Source of the DNA: Longimicrobiales bacterium
Lineage (GTDB): Bacteria; Gemmatimonadota; Gemmatimonadetes; Longimicrobiales; Gaopeijiaceae
Assembly: GCA_965238005.1 (NCBI GenBank)
Contig: OZ250165.1
Span: forward strand, 4,480,001 to 4,544,000
DNA: 64,000 nt
Direction of reading: 5' to 3'
In this document: in pieces, positions 60,441 to 64,000 of the stretch
How positions within the stretch are numbered: the first letter of the stretch is position 1
How the letters are laid out: every line of letters starts with the position of its first letter
Notes under the pieces: model-generated
The model's database searches: none
Told to the model about the DNA's origin: nothing
The model's input: only the letters and a program-made list of their open reading frames with translations
Position numbers and translations under genes: made by a program

Positions 60441-60863
60441 GTGATCGTGCACTGCGATTTCGAGGAACTGACGGCGCTGAAGGCCGGCGCGTGGCAGATC
60501 CTCAACGGCTATGCTCTGGAGCGGGGCGTCGTGGCCGCTCCACCGGAGGAGCGGGAGCAAGTGGCCGCCCTGCTTCCCCGCCTGAACGGGGACTGGTCCG
60601 TCCAGACGCTCGCCGAGCAGAAAGCTCTCCGCAGTGCGGTGGCAGCCATCGTCGAGATCCTGCGGGTCGAGATGGAGACGGCGGTGACGACCACGCATCC
60701 GGCTCACGAAGGAGCCGTATCGGCCTACTTCGATTTCGCCCACGCCTTCTCGGTCCTGTCGCGTCTCGAGGAGGTCGGGCAGGAGATGGTGGCCCTCATC
60801 GAACTGGTGATCGGGGGCCCAGTCACCGACGAGCTCGCCAGAGAGTTCGTCTTTCCAGACTGA
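60441..60863 (+). CDS. Hypothetical protein
   Basis: GAGGGG RBS, 140-aa helical ORF upstream of the sigma factor. Confidence 0.7.
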   Translation: MIVHCDFEELTALKAGAWQILNGYALERGVVAAPPEEREQVAALLPRLNGDWSVQTLAEQKALRSAVAAIVEILRVEMETAVTTTHPAHEGAVSAYFDFAHAFSVLSRLEEVGQEMVALIELVIGGPVTDELAREFVFPD

Positions 60864-60931
60864 TCTCCGCCGGGCAAACTCCGGCTGAGCCGCACTACGG
60901 CTTCAATGCGCACCACTGGGTGCCAAGATCC

Positions 60932-61543
60932 GTGACGAGCAGCGAGAGACTTCCGAATTATGTGAACCAACAGGGGGCGAGCTTCCTCGATGAAGCGATC
61001 CCGCATATGGACGCCGTGTATCGGTTCGCTCTGCGCTTGGCCGGGACCCAGGACGGGGCCGAGGATCTGGTACAGGACATGTACTTCCGGGCCTTCAGAG
61101 CCTGGGAGCAGTACACGCCGGGAACAAGATGCAAGAGCTGGCTCTTCAATATCTGCAGGAACGTATTCCTCAGGCATCGGGAGCGGGGGCAACGCCACGA
61201 TGAGATTGTGGCGGAGACGGCGTACGAGGATCCCAGGGCGCTCTCGCGCGAGGCTGCCGTGTTCGCGGCGTCCAAGGACGCCGATCCGGAGGGCGAGTTC
61301 TTCCGCTCGATCGTAGACGAGGAGATCCTTCGCGCCATCGATAACTTGCCGGATGAATACAGAATAGCCGTGGTGCTGTCGGACCTAGAGGACCTTTCCT
61401 ACAACGAGATTGCCGAAATCATGGAGATTCCGGTCGGGACGGTGAAGAGTCGACTGTTCAGAGGCAGACGGCAGCTTCAGGAGCGACTCCACGCATATGC
61501 CGTCGAGATGGGATACATTTCCGAAGCGCTTGGGGATGGTTAG
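60932..61543 (+). CDS. ECF RNA polymerase sigma factor
   Basis: AEDLVQD…KSWLFNICRN; LSYNEIAEIMEIPVGTVKSRLFRGR. Start position approximate. Confidence 0.92.
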   Translation: MTSSERLPNYVNQQGASFLDEAIPHMDAVYRFALRLAGTQDGAEDLVQDMYFRAFRAWEQYTPGTRCKSWLFNICRNVFLRHRERGQRHDEIVAETAYEDPRALSREAAVFAASKDADPEGEFFRSIVDEEILRAIDNLPDEYRIAVVLSDLEDLSYNEIAEIMEIPVGTVKSRLFRGRRQLQERLHAYAVEMGYISEALGDG

Positions 61544-61864
61544 GTGACTGCTTTCAATAGGTTGAAGAGACTGTTCGGGCTTTCCGGGGGCGCCGGCGCC
61601 GGCGGCGACCCCCCCGGAGGGATGATCTCGTGCGACGAGGCCGTGGCCAGGCTGTTCGAGTACCTGGACGGCGAGCTGGACGACATGTCCCAGGAGGGGG
61701 TACGCCTTCACCTCGAGGTCTGCAAGGCGTGCTACCCCAGGGCCCAGTTCGAGAGGCACTTCCTCGAGGCCCTCGGCCGTTCCCAGAGAGACGGGCATGC
61801 CTCGGAGGAGCTGAAGGGTCGCGTCCTCCAGGCCCTGGCCGAGGGGGGCGCCCGAGGGGGTTAA
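61544..61864 (+). CDS. zf-HC2 (RsrA-like) anti-sigma factor
   Basis: C…YLDGEL…HLEVCKAC. Confidence 0.9.
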   Translation: MTAFNRLKRLFGLSGGAGAGGDPPGGMISCDEAVARLFEYLDGELDDMSQEGVRLHLEVCKACYPRAQFERHFLEALGRSQRDGHASEELKGRVLQALAEGGARGG

Positions 61865-61895
61865 CACACCGCCGACCAGCCCCATCAAGACCACG

Positions 61896-61933
61896 GAGCC
61901 GCGAGTCGAATTCGACTCGCGGCTCTCGCTTTT
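61896..61933 (+). terminator. Perfect 30-bp palindrome / terminator
   Basis: GAGCCGCGAGTCGAATTCGACTCGCGGCTC followed by TCGCTTTT. Confidence 0.65.
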
Positions 61934-62034
61934 GGCCCCGCCTTGATTTGCCTCGACGATCCTGAGATCGTACGCCCATCGTCGCGTCGCCCGGCGTCCA
62001 TTTTCGGTTTGCCTTCGGCTCAGCAGGAGTTGTG

Positions 62035-64000
62035 ATGACGGCCCAGACCCGAGAGCGCATCCTTCCCAGGCTCATCGAGGAAGAGATGCGCGAATCATTC
62101 CTGGACTACTCCATGAGCGTGATCGTGCAGAGGGCCCTGCCGGACGTGCGGGACGGACTCAAGCCCGTCCACCGGCGCATTCTCTTCGCGATGCACGAGC
62201 TCGGGTTGAGGCCGGACAGACCGTACAAGAAGAGCGCTACGGTCGTCGGGGACGTGCTAGGCAAGTACCACCCACACGGAGACGCGGCCGTCTATGACGC
62301 CCTGGTCCGGATGGTGCAGGACTTCTCGCTCCGGTACCCCCTCGTAGACGGGCAGGGCAACTTCGGCTCTATCGACGGGGACTCGGCGGCGGCGTACCGG
62401 TACACCGAGGCCAAGCTCGCCCTGATCGCCGAGGAGATCCTGGCCGACATCGAGAAGGAGACGGTCGATGTCGCGGACAACTTCGACGGGCAGCGCACCG
62501 AGCCCACGGTCTTGCCCTCGCGGGTCCCGAACCTGCTGGTCAACGGATCATCCGGGATCGCCGTCGGCCTCAGTACCAACGTCCCGCCTCACAACCTCCG
62601 GGAAGTAGCGGCCGCTCTGAAGGCTCTGATCGAAGAGCCCGAGCCGTCCCTCGATGTTGTGATGCGCCACCTGCCCGGCCCGGATTTCCCCACCGGTGGA
62701 TTCGTCGTGGGCCACAGTGGGGTCCGCGACATGTACGAGAAGGGACGGGGTCGAATCGTCATGCGGGCCCGCATCGTCAAGGAGTCCCTGAGGGGCGGGA
62801 AGGAACAGCTCGTCGTCACCGAGCTGCCGTACGCGGTCTCCAAATCCAGGATCATCCAGCAGATCGCGGGCCTCGCCCGGAAGGGGATGATCGACGCCCT
62901 CGCCGACATCCGTGACGAGTCGGATCGGGACGGCCTGCGGCTCGTGATGGAGCTCAAGAGGGGCGCCAAGTCCGCCAAGGTCGTCCAGCTCCTTCACAAG
63001 AAGACCAGCCTCCAATCCACTTTCGGGGCCATCCTCATCGCCCTGGATCACGGCGAGCCGAAGGAGTTCACGCTCCTCGAGCTTCTGGAGCGCTTCCGCG
63101 ATCACCGCATCGAGGTCATCCAGCGTCGCTCCCGGCACGATCTCGAGCAGGCCGAGGCGGAGAAGCACACGGTGGAGGGCCTGTTGGCGGCCCTTGGCGC
63201 CATCGAGGAGGTCATCGCCATCATCCGCAGGTCCAAGGACCGGTCGGAGGCTGCCGAGCGGTTGCAGGATCTCCTGGGCCTCTCGGAGATCCAGGCCGAT
63301 GCGATTCTCAACATGCGGCTTGCCAGGCTCACGGCCCTGGAGCGGGACCAGCTCAAGAAGCGGCTGAAGGAGCTCAAGGCGACCATCGAGGATCTGAAGG
63401 GAGTGCTCAAGAGCGAGGCCCGGAAGCTCGAGATCATGATCGAGGAGCTCGACGAGCTCGTAGAGAAGTACGGGGACGACCGGCGCACCGTGATCCTCGA
63501 GGAGGACGAGTCCGAGGAGGTCGCCGTGGAGGACACGGTGGCGGACGAGGACGTGGTCATCACGGTGAGCCACGAGGGCTTCGTGAAGCGAATCCCCATG
63601 CATCTCTACCGGCGCCGCGTGTCCTCGGGGAAGGCGCTGGCCGGCATGGAGCGCTTCGAGGACGACTATCTGGAGCGGATCTTCGTCGCGCGGACACATG
63701 GCTGGCTGCTGGCCTTCACCGAGAGAGGCCATGTGCACTTCCTATCGGTCCTCGACGTGCCCGAGGGAGGCAGGGCGTCCAGAGGACAGTCCATCTACGC
63801 CCTGACCGAGGCGGATCGCGAGGATGCCATCGTGACGACGCTGGCGGCGGATGACCTGAGCGCCGAGCGGTTCGTCGTGTTCATCTCCGAAAAGGGCGTG
63901 ATGAAGCGGACCATGCTCGCCGAGTTCGCGAACCCGCGCGCGCGGGGGATGATCGCGTCCGGCGTGAAGGAGGGCGACCGAATCCTGGACGTCCGACTCT
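62035..64000 (+). CDS. Type IIA topoisomerase subunit A (GyrA/ParC family), 3'-truncated by window
   Basis: [56 protein letters not shown]…YHPHGD…QGNFGS…YRYTE. No canonical GyrA-box. Confidence 0.93.
   Translation, partial: MTAQTRERILPRLIEEEMRESFLDYSMSVIVQRALPDVRDGLKPVHRRILFAMHELGLRPDRPYKKSATVVGDVLGKYHPHGDAAVYDALVRMVQDFSLRYPLVDGQGNFGSIDGDSAAAYRYTEAKLALIAEEILADIEKETVDVADNFDGQRTEPTVLPSRVPNLLVNGSSGIAVGLSTNVPPHNLREVAAALKALIEEPEPSLDVVMRHLPGPDFPTGGFVVGHSGVRDMYEKGRGRIVMRARIVKESLRGGKEQLVVTELPYAVSKSRIIQQIAGLARKGMIDALADIRDESDRDGLRLVMELKRGAKSAKVVQLLHKKTSLQSTFGAILIALDHGEPKEFTLLELLERFRDHRIEVIQRRSRHDLEQAEAEKHTVEGLLAALGAIEEVIAIIRRSKDRSEAAERLQDLLGLSEIQADAILNMRLARLTALERDQLKKRLKELKATIEDLKGVLKSEARKLEIMIEELDELVEKYGDDRRTVILEEDESEEVAVEDTVADEDVVITVSHEGFVKRIPMHLYRRRVSSGKALAGMERFEDDYLERIFVARTHGWLLAFTERGHVHFLSVLDVPEGGRASRGQSIYALTEADREDAIVTTLAADDLSAERFVVFISEKGVMKRTMLAEFANPRARGMIASGVKEGDRILDVRL

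Noticed and set aside
1..64000. CRISPR array, rRNA, intact tRNA, CBASS/Pycsar-type defence operon
   Set aside because: No spaced direct repeats or cloverleaf found. The CHASE2 cyclase is membrane-bound with ATP-type residues, and no CD-NTase, SAVED or TIR genes were recognised.

Overview
High-GC bacterial window. The gene style suggests Gemmatimonadota (Longimicrobiales-like); this is an inference. It has three zones. (1) About 1-27.5 kb is an accessory patchwork of secreted peptidases and hydrolases (M1, S9, M24, S10, amidohydrolase, a decayed M14) separated by truncated gene stubs. It also holds an adenylate-cyclase/STAND-ATPase gene, two near-identical inverted 1678-bp IS1182-family elements, a decayed rve integrase, and a tRNA-3'-end/att-like scar. 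(2) About 27.6-36.1 kb and 55-64 kb are mostly core-like genes: NSS and SSS transporters, PIG-L deacetylase, pfkA, DUF59, a PLP decarboxylase, an ECF sigma/anti-sigma pair, and a type IIA topoisomerase A subunit running off the end. A family of CTAG-flanked MITE-like repeats is scattered through this zone. (3) The best candidate for an undescribed system is 36.5-55.0 kb. It encodes a beta-barrel-like protein, two CsgG/TolB-N-like TPR proteins, two signal-peptide-bearing C14 caspase-family proteases with intact His/Cys, a DUF928-like exported protein, a CHASE2 membrane adenylate cyclase, HD-GYP and MBL phosphodiesterases, a large L-domain surface lipoprotein, and a cNMP-binding protein fused to a catalytically dead PP2C. 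I infer an extracytoplasmic caspase cascade coupled to cyclic-nucleotide signalling. No rRNA, intact tRNA or CRISPR array was seen. All family calls come from motif recognition by eye, not database searches.
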